Positions 1 through 9,854 of a DNA stretch of 51,681 nt are shown piece by piece (position 1 is the stretch's first letter; every line of letters starts with the position of its first letter). This DNA comes from a virus. Its lineage: Duplodnaviria; Heunggongvirae; Uroviricota; Caudoviricetes. Below the pieces are notes generated by a model. It saw nothing but the letters and a program-made list of their open reading frames with translations. It was not told the origin of the DNA and searched no databases. The translations under genes were made by a program, and so were the position numbers. Location: positions 119,152 through 170,832 of IMG/VR virus record IMGVR_UViG_3300047392_000113. The stretch is one strand, 5' to 3'.

Positions 1-1
1 T

Positions 2-151
2 ATGTTTCCCGAACACGTTGAACAAAAAGATATTAATGATATGATTATTAAGGGTGGTATGACACCAAAGGAAATTCTCGAAACGATAAATACAAATACC
101 TTTTCGGGAATTGAAGCGAAATTAAAATTTAGTACATGGAAAAAAGTATGA
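2..151 (+). CDS. DNA primase, C-terminal fragment (T4 gp61-like), partial
   Basis: Frame from 2 reads MFPEHVEQKDINDMIIKGG...GIEAKLKFSTWKKV*. The KDINDM motif and WKK end resemble T4-like primases. Stop overlaps the thyX ATG (ATGA). Confidence 0.7.
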   Translation: MFPEHVEQKDINDMIIKGGMTPKEILETINTNTFSGIEAKLKFSTWKKV

Positions 152-840
152 AAGTGAAATTGATTAGTTATAGCAAACCATCCCGACAAATGTATGACGA
201 AGGTTTAGTTGATGCACAAGAGTTAGTTGCGTTTTGTGCTCGTGTCAGTAATCCAAGCAACCAATTCAACACAGAGACAGCAGAGAAGTTAATTCGCTAT
301 TTGGTCAAGAATAAACACTGGTCGCCACTAGAAATGGTCAGTGCTTGTCTTGAAGTTGAAACCACCCGTGACATCGCCAGACAGATGTTGCGTCATCGTT
401 CTTTCTCGTTCCAAGAATTTAGTCAACGCTATGCAGATCCCACTGCAGAAATCGGCGACGCTTTTGTAATTCGTGAAGCGAGATGGCAAGATACAAAAAA
501 TAGGCAAAATTCTGTCGAGGTAGACAAAACAGATGAAGCCCAAAAGTTACTTGCTATTGAATGGGAACGTGCTCAAAAGCGTGTGTTGTACGCTGTTGAG
601 AAAGAATATAAATGGGCTATTGCCAACGGGATTGCTAAAGAACAAGCCCGAGCAGTATTGCCTGAGGGACTGACTGTCTCTCGTTTGTATATGAATGGCA
701 CATTGCGTAGTTGGATTCACTTTATTGAATTGCGTAGCGCAAATGGCACTCAAAAAGAACATATGGAAGTTGCACGTGAATGTGCAAAAGTCATCGCAGA
801 AGTCTTCCCTATGGTGGGTGACTTTGTAAATAAAGAATAA
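148..840 (+). CDS. thyX: FAD-dependent thymidylate synthase
   Basis: ThyX motif RHRSFSFQEFSQRY. Likely start is ATG 148, coupled to the primase stop. Confidence 0.95.
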   Translation: MKVKLISYSKPSRQMYDEGLVDAQELVAFCARVSNPSNQFNTETAEKLIRYLVKNKHWSPLEMVSACLEVETTRDIARQMLRHRSFSFQEFSQRYADPTAEIGDAFVIREARWQDTKNRQNSVEVDKTDEAQKLLAIEWERAQKRVLYAVEKEYKWAIANGIAKEQARAVLPEGLTVSRLYMNGTLRSWIHFIELRSANGTQKEHMEVARECAKVIAEVFPMVGDFVNKE

Positions 841-856
841 AATATTGGAGCATTAT

Positions 857-2653
857 ATGGAAAGTGTCGTGCATGGCATTAAGGTTGACTATTCTCGTGA
901 TAGTCTGTTCGATGAATTGGGTAAGATCAGATTAAAAGAAAGTTACATGAAGGATGACGAATCCTCACCACAAGAGAGATTTGCATACGTGTCATCGAAG
1001 TTTGGATCTAATCCAGACCACGCTCAACGTTTGTATGATTATTCCTCTAAGCATTGGCTTAGCTACTCTACTCCCATTCTTTCTTTTGGTCGTTCTAAAC
1101 GTGGGCTTCCTATTTCGTGTTTTCTTAACTACATTGAAGACACCGCAGAAGGACTAGTTGATAACCTATCTGAAACTAATTGGTTGTCAATGCTTGGGGG
1201 CGGTGTTGGTATTGGCTTTGGTATTCGTTCAGCTGATGATAAATCTACTGGAGTTATGCCACACCTTAAAATGTATGATGCATCATCACTTGCTTATCGT
1301 CAGGGGCGTACTCGTCGTGGATCTTATGCTGCTTATCTTGATATCTCTCACCCAGACATCATTAACTTCTTAGAGATGCGTAAGCCAACAGGCGATCAAA
1401 ACATGCGTACTCTGAACATGCACCATGGTATTAATATCCCTGATGCATTCATGGAAATTATTGAGAAGTCAATGATTGATCCAGAGTTTGATGATTCTTG
1501 GGAATTGGTTGATCCAGCTTCACATGAAGTTCGTGACAAAGTGTCAGCACGTGAACTGTGGCAACGCATTCTTGAAATGCGCATGATGACTGGTGAACCA
1601 TACATTCACTACATCGATGAATCAAATCGTAAGCTGCCACAACACTTGAAAGATCTTGGTCTTAAAGTTCACCAGTCTAATCTCTGCTCTGAGATTATTC
1701 TTCCAACAAATGAAAAGCGTACAGCTGTATGCTGTTTGTCTTCACTGAACCTAGAGTACTACGATGAGTGGAAAAACGATCCTCTTTTCCTTGCTGATGT
1801 TGCAGAAATGCTTGATAATGTGCTTCAGTATTTTATTGATAATGCACCTTCCTCAATCAAACGAGCGAAGTACTCCGCCATGCGTGAAAGAAGTATCGGC
1901 ATCGGTGCGTTGGGTTGGCATGCCTTCTTGCAAAAGAACAACCTCCCATGGGAATCTTCAATGGCAGTTGGAAAGAACAAACAGATCTTCTCTTACGTAA
2001 GAGGAAAACTCGATGAAGCAAATAAGAAACTCGGATTGGAGCGTGGCGAGGCTCCTGATGCGGTGGGCACTGGGAATCGCTTTAGTCATCTTATGGCTAT
2101 TGCTCCCAATGCTTCTTCTTCCATTCTCATGGGGAATACTTCTCCTTCTATTGAACCTTATCGTGCCAACGCTTATCGCCAAGACACTCTATCGGGTTCT
2201 CACTTGAACAAGAATCGCTATTTAGATAAGGTAGTGAATGATTATGTGGAGACAAACCCTAAAGCAAATGCACAAGAAATCTGGAGTTCGATTATTGCGA
2301 ACGATGGTTCAGTTCAGCACCTCGATTGGATGGACGACTGGACAAAAGATGTTTTCAAAACGTCTATGGAAATTGACCAGCGTTGGGTCGTCCAACATGC
2401 CGCAGATAGGCAAGTATATGTAGACCAAGCGCAGTCTCTGAATGTGTTCTTCCGTCCAGATAGCCACATCAAGTACATCCATGCTGTGCACTTCCAAGCA
2501 TGGAAGCAAGGTTTGAAGACTATGTACTACTGCCGTTCTGACAAAATCGCTAAAGCTGATAAGGTTGCTAAGAAGATTGAACGTGAAGTTATTAAAGAAA
2601 TCAACCTGCACGATCTTGCTCAAGGTAACGAATGTTTGGCATGTGAGGGTTAA
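857..2653 (+). CDS. nrdA: Ribonucleotide reductase class Ia alpha subunit
   Basis: PISCF, SNLCSEI, VCCLSSLNL, IAPNASSSI, C-terminal CLACEG. GGAG upstream of ATG 857. Confidence 0.95.
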   Translation: MESVVHGIKVDYSRDSLFDELGKIRLKESYMKDDESSPQERFAYVSSKFGSNPDHAQRLYDYSSKHWLSYSTPILSFGRSKRGLPISCFLNYIEDTAEGLVDNLSETNWLSMLGGGVGIGFGIRSADDKSTGVMPHLKMYDASSLAYRQGRTRRGSYAAYLDISHPDIINFLEMRKPTGDQNMRTLNMHHGINIPDAFMEIIEKSMIDPEFDDSWELVDPASHEVRDKVSARELWQRILEMRMMTGEPYIHYIDESNRKLPQHLKDLGLKVHQSNLCSEIILPTNEKRTAVCCLSSLNLEYYDEWKNDPLFLADVAEMLDNVLQYFIDNAPSSIKRAKYSAMRERSIGIGALGWHAFLQKNNLPWESSMAVGKNKQIFSYVRGKLDEANKKLGLERGEAPDAVGTGNRFSHLMAIAPNASSSILMGNTSPSIEPYRANAYRQDTLSGSHLNKNRYLDKVVNDYVETNPKANAQEIWSSIIANDGSVQHLDWMDDWTKDVFKTSMEIDQRWVVQHAADRQVYVDQAQSLNVFFRPDSHIKYIHAVHFQAWKQGLKTMYYCRSDKIAKADKVAKKIEREVIKEINLHDLAQGNECLACEG

Positions 2654-3304
2654 ATGCTAGAAACGATTTGTGAGACAATGGTTGAGGCGTATCGCCGAAA
2701 CTGGATTACAAGTCGTGATGGTAATGTGAGTATTCGCCATCACGATCGTAATCATTTTTACATCACGCCAAGTGGTGTTCGTAAACAAACAATGCAGCCA
2801 GATCAGTTTAAGAAGATTGCGATTGTTAGGTCTATTAATAGCGGGAACGGAACAGGCGTCTACGGTTATAGTTGGAACGAGATGCTGTATACTGATATTA
2901 GTAGAAATCTAAAACCAAGTGGAGAGATTCCACTTCACTTTGGTTTACAACGAGAACTTGGTCAACACAGTAATGATGTTCGTGTAGTTATGCACTTTCA
3001 TCCAACTTACTGTGTTGCCGCCATGCATGCTGGTATTGAACTTGGTGATATTGCCAAGGACTTTCCAGAGTTAAGTAGATATACTAAGGTGGCATGTAAC
3101 GTACCAGATGTACCACCAATTAGTCAAGAGTTAGCTGATCAGTGTCACAAAAAATTGAAGCTGAATAATAATGGTGACATTTCTTATGATATTGTAGGTA
3201 TCAAAGGACACGGTGTTGTTGCTATTGATAGCAGCCCATGGCGTGCCTTTGAGCATATAGAGAGATTAGAACATATTTGCCAGATAGTTTTGGCATCAAA
3301 ATAA
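2654..3304 (+). CDS. Class II aldolase/adducin-family protein
   Basis: GNVSIR, YITPSG, PSGEIPLH, HFHPTY, GHGVVA metal-binding motifs. Confidence 0.85.
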   Translation: MLETICETMVEAYRRNWITSRDGNVSIRHHDRNHFYITPSGVRKQTMQPDQFKKIAIVRSINSGNGTGVYGYSWNEMLYTDISRNLKPSGEIPLHFGLQRELGQHSNDVRVVMHFHPTYCVAAMHAGIELGDIAKDFPELSRYTKVACNVPDVPPISQELADQCHKKLKLNNNGDISYDIVGIKGHGVVAIDSSPWRAFEHIERLEHICQIVLASK

Positions 3305-3313
3305 GGAATAAAA

Positions 3314-4306
3314 ATGGTAAAGAATAAAACTAGTAGAATGACGGATGAGCGCACGTATTTTAAGCCGTTCAACTATCCATGGGCTTATGAAGCATGGTTA
3401 AAGCACGAGCAAGCACATTGGTTGCACACTGAAGTGCCAATGATGGAAGACGTTAAAGATTGGAAAAAGAAACTAACTCCACAAGAAAAACAATTCTTGA
3501 CAAACATCTTTCGTTTCTTCACACAAGGTGATATTGACGTTGCTGGTGGTTATGTCAAGAACTATCTTCCATACTTTCCACAACCAGAGATTCGTATGAT
3601 GTTGTCTGGCTTTGCTGCACGTGAAGCCTTACACATTGCTGCTTACTCACACTTGATTGAAACTCTTGGTCTGCCAGACACAACATACAACCAGTTTCTT
3701 GAGTACCAAGAGATGCGTGACAAGCATGACTACGTAACTGAATTGTCCAGCAAGAACGGAACACTTGAGTCCACCGCTACGCACATTGCAGTATTCTCTG
3801 CATTCACTGAAGGTATGCAGCTGTTCTCTTCATTCATTATGTTGTTGAACTTCCAACGTCACGGCTTGATGAAGGGTATGGGTCAGATCGTTACTTGGTC
3901 TATCGTTGATGAAACAATGCACGCTGAGTCTATGATCAAACTGTTCAAAGAGTACATCAAAGAAAATCCAGAGATCTGGAATGATGAACTTAAAGGAAAG
4001 ATATATACAATCGCTGAGAAGATGGTTGAACTAGAAGACAAGTTTATTGACTTGTCATTTGCTGATAGCGATATGCGTGACCTGCATGCTGCTGATGTTA
4101 AACAATACATTCGTTACATCGCTGATCGTCGCCTTATTTCATTGGGTATGAAAGGCATCTTCAAAGTTAAAAAGAATCCTCTACCTTGGGTTGAGGAAAT
4201 GATCAATGCACCAGTGCATGGCAACTTCTTCGAGAACCGTGTTACAGATTACGCTAAAGGCGCACTGTCTGGTTCTTGGGATGACGTATGGGGAAAAGCA
4301 GCGTAA
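3314..4306 (+). CDS. nrdB: Ribonucleotide reductase class Ia beta subunit
   Basis: FFTQGDIDV, REALHIAAYSHL, FTEGMQLFSSF, DETMH, NFFENR. Confidence 0.95.
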   Translation: MVKNKTSRMTDERTYFKPFNYPWAYEAWLKHEQAHWLHTEVPMMEDVKDWKKKLTPQEKQFLTNIFRFFTQGDIDVAGGYVKNYLPYFPQPEIRMMLSGFAAREALHIAAYSHLIETLGLPDTTYNQFLEYQEMRDKHDYVTELSSKNGTLESTATHIAVFSAFTEGMQLFSSFIMLLNFQRHGLMKGMGQIVTWSIVDETMHAESMIKLFKEYIKENPEIWNDELKGKIYTIAEKMVELEDKFIDLSFADSDMRDLHAADVKQYIRYIADRRLISLGMKGIFKVKKNPLPWVEEMINAPVHGNFFENRVTDYAKGALSGSWDDVWGKAA

Positions 4307-4458
4307 TGGCAATAACAAAACACTTCGAATGTAAAGAATGTGAAGCAGAAGGTAAGATCGTCGTCAAAGGCAATGATCATCAACTAGCTGATATCGTGTA
4401 TTGCCCAGTGTGTTCTGGGGATATCTATGAAGAAGAGGAATTTGACGAGGAAGAATAA
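4306..4458 (+). CDS. Small zinc-ribbon protein (50 aa), not in ORF track
   Basis: MAITKHFECKECEAEG...YCPVCSGDIYEEEEFDEEE; two CxxC motifs; TAATG coupling to nrdB. Confidence 0.7.
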   Translation: MAITKHFECKECEAEGKIVVKGNDHQLADIVYCPVCSGDIYEEEEFDEEE

Positions 4459-4468
4459 ATAGTCCATT

Positions 4469-4894
4469 ATGTGGACTTATAATTCTAAAATCGTTGAAGA
4501 ACTTCCTGAAGACTGCGTTGGCTTTGTTTACTTAATTGTAAACAAGGTCAACAGTCGTATGTATATCGGGAAAAAACTAGCCAAGTTTTCTAAGACCACT
4601 TACAAGATGGTCACACAGAAAAATGGTGTAAAGAAAAGAAAGAAGATCAAGTCGAAAATCGACTCTGATTGGATGGATTATTACGGTTCAAGCATCGAAC
4701 TAAATAAAGATGTAGAATCTCTCGGGAAGGAAAACTTCAGCCGAGAGATTTTGTTTTTCTGCAAATCTAAGGCAGAGTGCTCTTATATTGAAGCACGAGA
4801 ACAATTCACAAGGAGAGTATTAGAATCAGACGACTACTATAATGGACAAATTTCCGTTAGAGTACATGGTTCTCATATTAAAAATAAGTTATGA
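4469..4894 (+). CDS. GIY-YIG-like nuclease-family protein
   Basis: GFVYLI-x8-YIGKK, YYGSS, YYNGQI; ATAAATA late-type motif at 4455-4461. Confidence 0.75.
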   Translation: MWTYNSKIVEELPEDCVGFVYLIVNKVNSRMYIGKKLAKFSKTTYKMVTQKNGVKKRKKIKSKIDSDWMDYYGSSIELNKDVESLGKENFSREILFFCKSKAECSYIEAREQFTRRVLESDDYYNGQISVRVHGSHIKNKL

Positions 4895-6018
4895 CTTACT
4901 TACTATTAGTAGTAGCGTTATCTTTATCGGCTGTAGCTGAGTGGTATGCCATCGTTGGTTTGATGGCTATCTTTGCTGCAGCTGCTCAATCCATTATGAT
5001 TATGGGTATTTTGTTAGGTGCATCAAAATTAGTTATTGCTTCTTGGTTATACCGTAACTGGAAAGAAATCCCAACTCTAATGAAGACGTACTTCACGTTT
5101 GCATTAGTTGTGTTGATGATGTTAACTTCGATGGGTATTTTTGGTTTCTTAAGTAAGGCTCACCTAGATCAAGCCATACCTAGTGGTGATGTTGCTGCTA
5201 AGTTAGCATTGATTGATGAGAAAATAAAAACAGAAAAGGACAACATAAATGCAAGTCGTAAAGAACTTACTCAACTCGATGCTCAAGTGGATCAAACCAT
5301 CAGTAGAACAACCGAAGCCAGTGGAGCAGAGCGAGCCATTGCCATCCGTAGAGGACAGCAAAAAGACAGAGCCAGAATCCTTACCGAAATCGGTACAGCG
5401 CAAGCCAAGGTCGCCAAACTCAACGAAGAACGTGCCCCAATCGCCAGCGAAGTCCGTAAAGTCGAAGCCGAAGTTGGACCAATCAAATATATCGCAGCCC
5501 TTATCTACGAAGAAAGCGCCAGCGAAGAAGTCCTCGAAAAAGCAGTAAGAATCGTATCAATTATGATTGTTGCTGTTTTCGATCCGTTAGCTGTATTAAT
5601 GTTGATTGCAGCTAACTGGTCATTGAAACACAATAACAAACCAGACTGGACTAGTTTCTTTACAAAGAAACGAGATGAAGAATTAGACTTCCCAGAACCT
5701 AAAGAAATAAAGGTTGATGACGATATTAATATTGTTGATAAACCAGATGCTTGGGTTGCTGATGTTGGTGAAAAACCAACAGAAGAAGAGCTTCTTAACA
5801 TTGAGGAAGAACCAACTCCTACAGAGTGGTCTCCAGAACTATACCAACGTACTAGACCAAAATCAGAAACAGAATCAGATAAAGCTGCTTCTTTCTTAAG
5901 TAAAGTTAACAAGTCTATTGGCGTAAAAACTATCGAGCAAGAGGTTGAAGAAATCCAAGTTAACGACAAAGGTAAAGTTGTTGAATTTGACTCTGCTGGC
6001 AGAAGAATAACACCCTGA
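4891..6018 (+). CDS. Membrane protein with coiled-coil and acidic tail
   Basis: Three N-terminal hydrophobic helices, a heptad region, a further TM (DPLAVLMLIAAN), then a low-complexity tail. Confidence 0.7.
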   Translation: MTYLLLVVALSLSAVAEWYAIVGLMAIFAAAAQSIMIMGILLGASKLVIASWLYRNWKEIPTLMKTYFTFALVVLMMLTSMGIFGFLSKAHLDQAIPSGDVAAKLALIDEKIKTEKDNINASRKELTQLDAQVDQTISRTTEASGAERAIAIRRGQQKDRARILTEIGTAQAKVAKLNEERAPIASEVRKVEAEVGPIKYIAALIYEESASEEVLEKAVRIVSIMIVAVFDPLAVLMLIAANWSLKHNNKPDWTSFFTKKRDEELDFPEPKEIKVDDDINIVDKPDAWVADVGEKPTEEELLNIEEEPTPTEWSPELYQRTRPKSETESDKAASFLSKVNKSIGVKTIEQEVEEIQVNDKGKVVEFDSAGRRITP

Positions 6019-6090
6019 TACTTTATAATCCTAAATAAAAGTGGATTGAGACGTAATATATTATGCCAATTAATAACTAAAGGTAATAAC

Positions 6091-6570
6091 ATGAACAAGA
6101 ACATCGCTGTAGCGGTGCTTTTTGTTATGACTACATTCTCGGCAATGGCAGAGCCCATTGTGACTGACTCGACTTCTAGAAGCACTTCTGATACAAATTC
6201 GACTTCAACTAGTGTAACAACAGTACACTCCCCACCGCCGACAGCAGTTGCCCCCGCAATCACCGTAATTAACAGTGATGTATGTGCTGTAGGTGCATCC
6301 GCAGCTGTTCAAACTCAAATTCTTGGTATCTCCATGGGCGGTACTCAAGTAGATAAAAACTGCGAACGACTAAAACTCGCTCGTGGTATTTACGATATGG
6401 GTATGAAAGTAGCTGCTGTTTCCGTCATGTGTCAAGACGAACGTGTCTTTACTGCCATGATGAACGCTGGAACACCATGCCCGATCGAAGGTAAAATCGG
6501 CGAGCAAGCTAAGGTGATCTGGGAAGCTAATCCAGAAAAGATCCCACAAAAAGTTAAAAGCAAGGACTAA
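6091..6570 (+). CDS. Signal-peptide-bearing protein, Ser/Thr/Pro-rich with Cys
   Basis: MNKNIAVAVLFVMTTFSAMA signal peptide; CTAAATA at 6031-6037; AAAGGT RBS-like. Confidence 0.7.
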   Translation: MNKNIAVAVLFVMTTFSAMAEPIVTDSTSRSTSDTNSTSTSVTTVHSPPPTAVAPAITVINSDVCAVGASAAVQTQILGISMGGTQVDKNCERLKLARGIYDMGMKVAAVSVMCQDERVFTAMMNAGTPCPIEGKIGEQAKVIWEANPEKIPQKVKSKD

Positions 6571-6572
6571 CC

Positions 6573-8381
6573 GTGTCTAGACTGGTTAGTCTTGTACTTG
6601 GTTTTGTACTGAGTCTCTCAGTAGCACACGCACAAGTATCGATACCTGGAACTAATCTTACTGTCACCTCAGTAAATGGTGGAACAGGAACTTTAGTGAC
6701 AGTGCCAATTTCTGGTGCTGCAGGATTGTCCGTAACTGTTGGTACTGGTTCTGCAGCAGTGCCACTGCAAGATATTCGAAACAACCCAGCAGCTGTAAAC
6801 ATTACAACGTATGATGATTCATACAATAATGTTCCACTAGGGTTTGACTTTCCATTCTTTGGTAAGACATTCAACAACTCTTGGGCTATGACCAATGGTT
6901 TGGTTACATTCCAAGATCCTAATCGTTCTGGTTTGGGTGGTGCTTGCTGCGAGGGTGTAGACTTAAGCAAGACAACTGATGCACGTTACAACTATACCAT
7001 CTACGGATTACACACCGATCTGTATTCTTGGAATGGTCAGAACCAATACTACCTTCGTGGCACAAACGAAATGACATATGGTTGGTATAACGTAAGTCAA
7101 TGCTGTAGTAGTCAAGGTGGTAACAGTTTCGAGATTAAGATTAACTCAGCTGGACTAGTTGATACTCGTGTTGCTGGCGCTATGGTAAACTGGAATAGAG
7201 TGACTTCTGGAATGGCAGGTGATCTTTCCAAGGGCGAGTTCTATCAATACTACCATGGTCAGGGATTGAACATAACTGCTGGTAGTTCGAGTATCTTTAG
7301 TTGGCAAGCATTGAGCGGAACTGGTGGCGACTTGTGTGCAGCTAACCCATTGTCTTCACCTACTTGTGCTGGATACCAAGCTGCTTATACTGTCCAACAA
7401 TGTACTATTAGTGCACTATACGACCCATCATGTCCAGGATACGCTGCAGCATTCTTTACTCAGCAATGTTCTATCAGTGCACTATACGACCCATCATGTC
7501 CAGGATACGCCACTGCATATCACGATCAACAATGCTCCATAAATGCGTTATATGCTACAGACTGTTCAGGTTACGAACAAGCATATCTAAACGCACAGTG
7601 TATTAAAGATTCTTTGTATTCTACAAAGTGTGAGGGGTACGCAACTGCTTATGCTATCAAGTATCTTGTTCCACTAGATTCATCAGTAACAACTGCTGTT
7701 AATGCTTCGCTATCAAACACTGCTGCTGTTAAAGCAAATGACCCAACAAATACAGTAGTGGCAACAAACACAGCAAGCACAACAATTAACACTGACGGTA
7801 CAGTATCAACTGGTGTTTCAAAAACTGGTGATACTAACGTTGATAAGGCAATCGCTCCTCCACCACCAACTGCTAACTCTAGTGCAGCACCTGCTGCTGT
7901 TGTTCAATTGGCACCTCCTCCACCACCAGCTGCACAAGCACCACAGGAAAGAAAACCTGAAGGTAAACCAGAAGGTGGTGACAGAGCTGCAGGTGGTCCA
8001 CCACAGATGGCGCAGGGGCAACAAGGTGGAGACTCCAAACCAGCGCAACCAACTGCTCGTCAAGAACTTCAAGCAAAGCGTGAAGCTAATGCAAGAGCAG
8101 AAGCTATTGAGAAGGGTAAGAACCTCGCCAACGAGATGGGTAAGGTTGCTGACATTGAATCTCAGAAACAACTACAGAACGTAGTTATCCAAGCAATGGG
8201 GTTTACTCCAGGATTTGACACATATGGTAAGGCAACAATACCTGACGTTGCTGGATACAAACCATACTCGGTTTATAACAATCAAAAGAATATTGATAAT
8301 CGTACCACACTAAGAATGTTTGGTGGTGCTGATCGACTACACAATGAAATGGTCGATTTACAATACAACAAGGAGAAGTAA
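6573..8381 (+). CDS. Large secreted/virion-type protein: nidogen-like N-region, Cys repeats, Pro-rich linker
   Basis: Signal peptide; LGFDFPFFGKTF..WAMTNG resembles NIDO-like domains; 22-aa Cys repeats; PPPP tracts. Confidence 0.65.
   Translation: MSRLVSLVLGFVLSLSVAHAQVSIPGTNLTVTSVNGGTGTLVTVPISGAAGLSVTVGTGSAAVPLQDIRNNPAAVNITTYDDSYNNVPLGFDFPFFGKTFNNSWAMTNGLVTFQDPNRSGLGGACCEGVDLSKTTDARYNYTIYGLHTDLYSWNGQNQYYLRGTNEMTYGWYNVSQCCSSQGGNSFEIKINSAGLVDTRVAGAMVNWNRVTSGMAGDLSKGEFYQYYHGQGLNITAGSSSIFSWQALSGTGGDLCAANPLSSPTCAGYQAAYTVQQCTISALYDPSCPGYAAAFFTQQCSISALYDPSCPGYATAYHDQQCSINALYATDCSGYEQAYLNAQCIKDSLYSTKCEGYATAYAIKYLVPLDSSVTTAVNASLSNTAAVKANDPTNTVVATNTASTTINTDGTVSTGVSKTGDTNVDKAIAPPPPTANSSAAPAAVVQLAPPPPPAAQAPQERKPEGKPEGGDRAAGGPPQMAQGQQGGDSKPAQPTARQELQAKREANARAEAIEKGKNLANEMGKVADIESQKQLQNVVIQAMGFTPGFDTYGKATIPDVAGYKPYSVYNNQKNIDNRTTLRMFGGADRLHNEMVDLQYNKEK
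7395..7658 (+). repeat. 66-bp (22-aa) intragenic tandem repeat, about 4 units
   Basis: QQCTISALYDPSCPGYAAAFFT / QQCSISALYDPSCPGYATAYHD / QQCSINALYATDCSGYEQAYLN / AQCIKDSLYSTKCEGYATAY; identical 35-nt core at 7410 and 7476. Confidence 0.9.
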
Positions 8382-8382
8382 G

Positions 8383-8967
8383 ATGGCAGAAGATATTAAA
8401 GACGTCAACGCAAAGATTGACGAAGCAGAAGCAGCAATGAAGAAGTATGCTAGCAAGGACACAGTTATCAGCATCGGTGGTTACGAATTTACACCTGCTA
8501 AGTTAATGGTTGCGTTCACTATCGTATCATCCACTCTTGGTGGTTTATATGGCGCTTTCGAAGTTTACAAAGACTATCAGTCTATGAAGAAACGTATTGC
8601 TGAGTATGTTGCTCCAGACTTGTCTGACCTAAACAAGAAGATGGAAATTACAATGCAGAACTCTGAAAAGTCTGTACAATACACACAAGATATCAAGAAC
8701 GATTTGAAGAATGATATTCGTCGTGTTGAAGGTGTAGCTGAGAGCGTTGAGCGTAGCACTAAACAAGCACAGCGTGAGACTGACCAATCCATTCAAGCAG
8801 TTCGTAGTGAAATGACAGCAGTTCGTTCTGAAGTTAGATCAGCTACTAAAGAAGTTGATAACAATATGAAGCAACTATCTCGTGAGACTGATGCTCATTT
8901 GAAACAGATTGAACGAACAGTTGATGTTAAGATTCAAAAGGCTTTGGACAATCCATTAGCTAAATAA
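8383..8967 (+). CDS. Single-TM coiled-coil protein
   Basis: AAGGAG RBS, one hydrophobic helix, long heptad region. Confidence 0.7.
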   Translation: MAEDIKDVNAKIDEAEAAMKKYASKDTVISIGGYEFTPAKLMVAFTIVSSTLGGLYGAFEVYKDYQSMKKRIAEYVAPDLSDLNKKMEITMQNSEKSVQYTQDIKNDLKNDIRRVEGVAESVERSTKQAQRETDQSIQAVRSEMTAVRSEVRSATKEVDNNMKQLSRETDAHLKQIERTVDVKIQKALDNPLAK

Positions 8968-8988
8968 TTGATGTTATAAGGAGTAAAG

Positions 8989-9528
8989 ATGGCAGAAGAA
9001 GTAAAGAAAGCGCCAACACGTAGTGAACGTGAGGCAGCTATTAAAGATAAAGCTGGTTTAGTTATTGTTGTTATGGCTTTGTTATTGGCCATTAATACTT
9101 ACTTTGCAAACAGTTTTAGTAGTGCAGCAATGACTAACTTGCTAAAGGCATCCAACACATATGGATTCTTTCAATCTAAGTCTATTAAACAATCAATTGC
9201 TGAAGGTCAACTAGAAGAAGCAAAATCTAAAGGTGATAAAGATCGTGTAGAAAAATTGCAAGCTAAGATTGATCGCTACGAATCTGATCCAAAATCTGGT
9301 GAAGGTAAACGAGAATTGCTTGAAAAGGCAAGAGCACAAGAAGCTGCAAGAGATGAGGCTCGTGTACATAGCCCATGGGTAACTTTCTCTGGTATGCTAT
9401 TCCAACTTGCAATCGTCCTACTATCTGCTTCAATTATTGCAGTTGATATGCGTATGTATTATGCATCTTGGGGTGTTGGAGCACTAGGTGTGGTACTATT
9501 ATTGCAAGGAATATTCTTATGGGTTTAA
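8989..9528 (+). CDS. DUF4337-like membrane protein
   Basis: LASNTYGFFQSKSIKQ-type segment, TM helices, GMLFQLAIVLLSASII. Confidence 0.7.
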   Translation: MAEEVKKAPTRSEREAAIKDKAGLVIVVMALLLAINTYFANSFSSAAMTNLLKASNTYGFFQSKSIKQSIAEGQLEEAKSKGDKDRVEKLQAKIDRYESDPKSGEGKRELLEKARAQEAARDEARVHSPWVTFSGMLFQLAIVLLSASIIAVDMRMYYASWGVGALGVVLLLQGIFLWV

Positions 9529-9598
9529 GTCAAGAAGAGGGTTGCCCAGTATGTGGAGGCAAACACCCTAAGAAGTAAGTAAGCACTTACTAACTAAA

Positions 9599-9661
9599 GA
9601 CCCCACCTTGTGTGGGGTTTTACATTTAAGGCTTGACATTTACTTGACTTTAGGGCATAAT
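9599..9661 (+). promoter_or_regulatory. Stem-loop plus sigma70 promoter (PeSL-like cassette)
   Basis: CCCCAC-cttgt-GTGGGG hairpin; TTGACA(9633)-N17-CATAAT(9656). Confidence 0.85.
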
Positions 9662-9689
9662 AACTGTGTTAGGGTTGATTAGGAATGTT

Positions 9690-9854
9690 ATGAGAACTAT
9701 CGATGAGATCAATGCTGATCTGCTAGAAATTGCAGAAGAACTCCGTCAAGAACAGACGGATGCTGAGTACGAAGATTTTATGGATCTGATGTACTACTGC
9801 TGGGAATGTGAACAATACGATCGTGATATGGAGTTGTACAATGAATTCGGTTGA
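9690..9854 (+). CDS. Hypothetical acidic protein
   Basis: First ORF after promoter, AGGA RBS. Confidence 0.6.
   Translation: MRTIDEINADLLEIAEELRQEQTDAEYEDFMDLMYYCWECEQYDRDMELYNEFG

Noticed and set aside
857-4306. Intron or intein in nrdA, nrdB or thyX
   Set aside because: The reading frames are continuous and of compact length, with no splicing motifs
7395-7658. Diversity-generating retroelement TR/VR pair
   Set aside because: The repeats are tandem and in-frame, the differences are not adenine-specific, and there is no reverse transcriptase in the window
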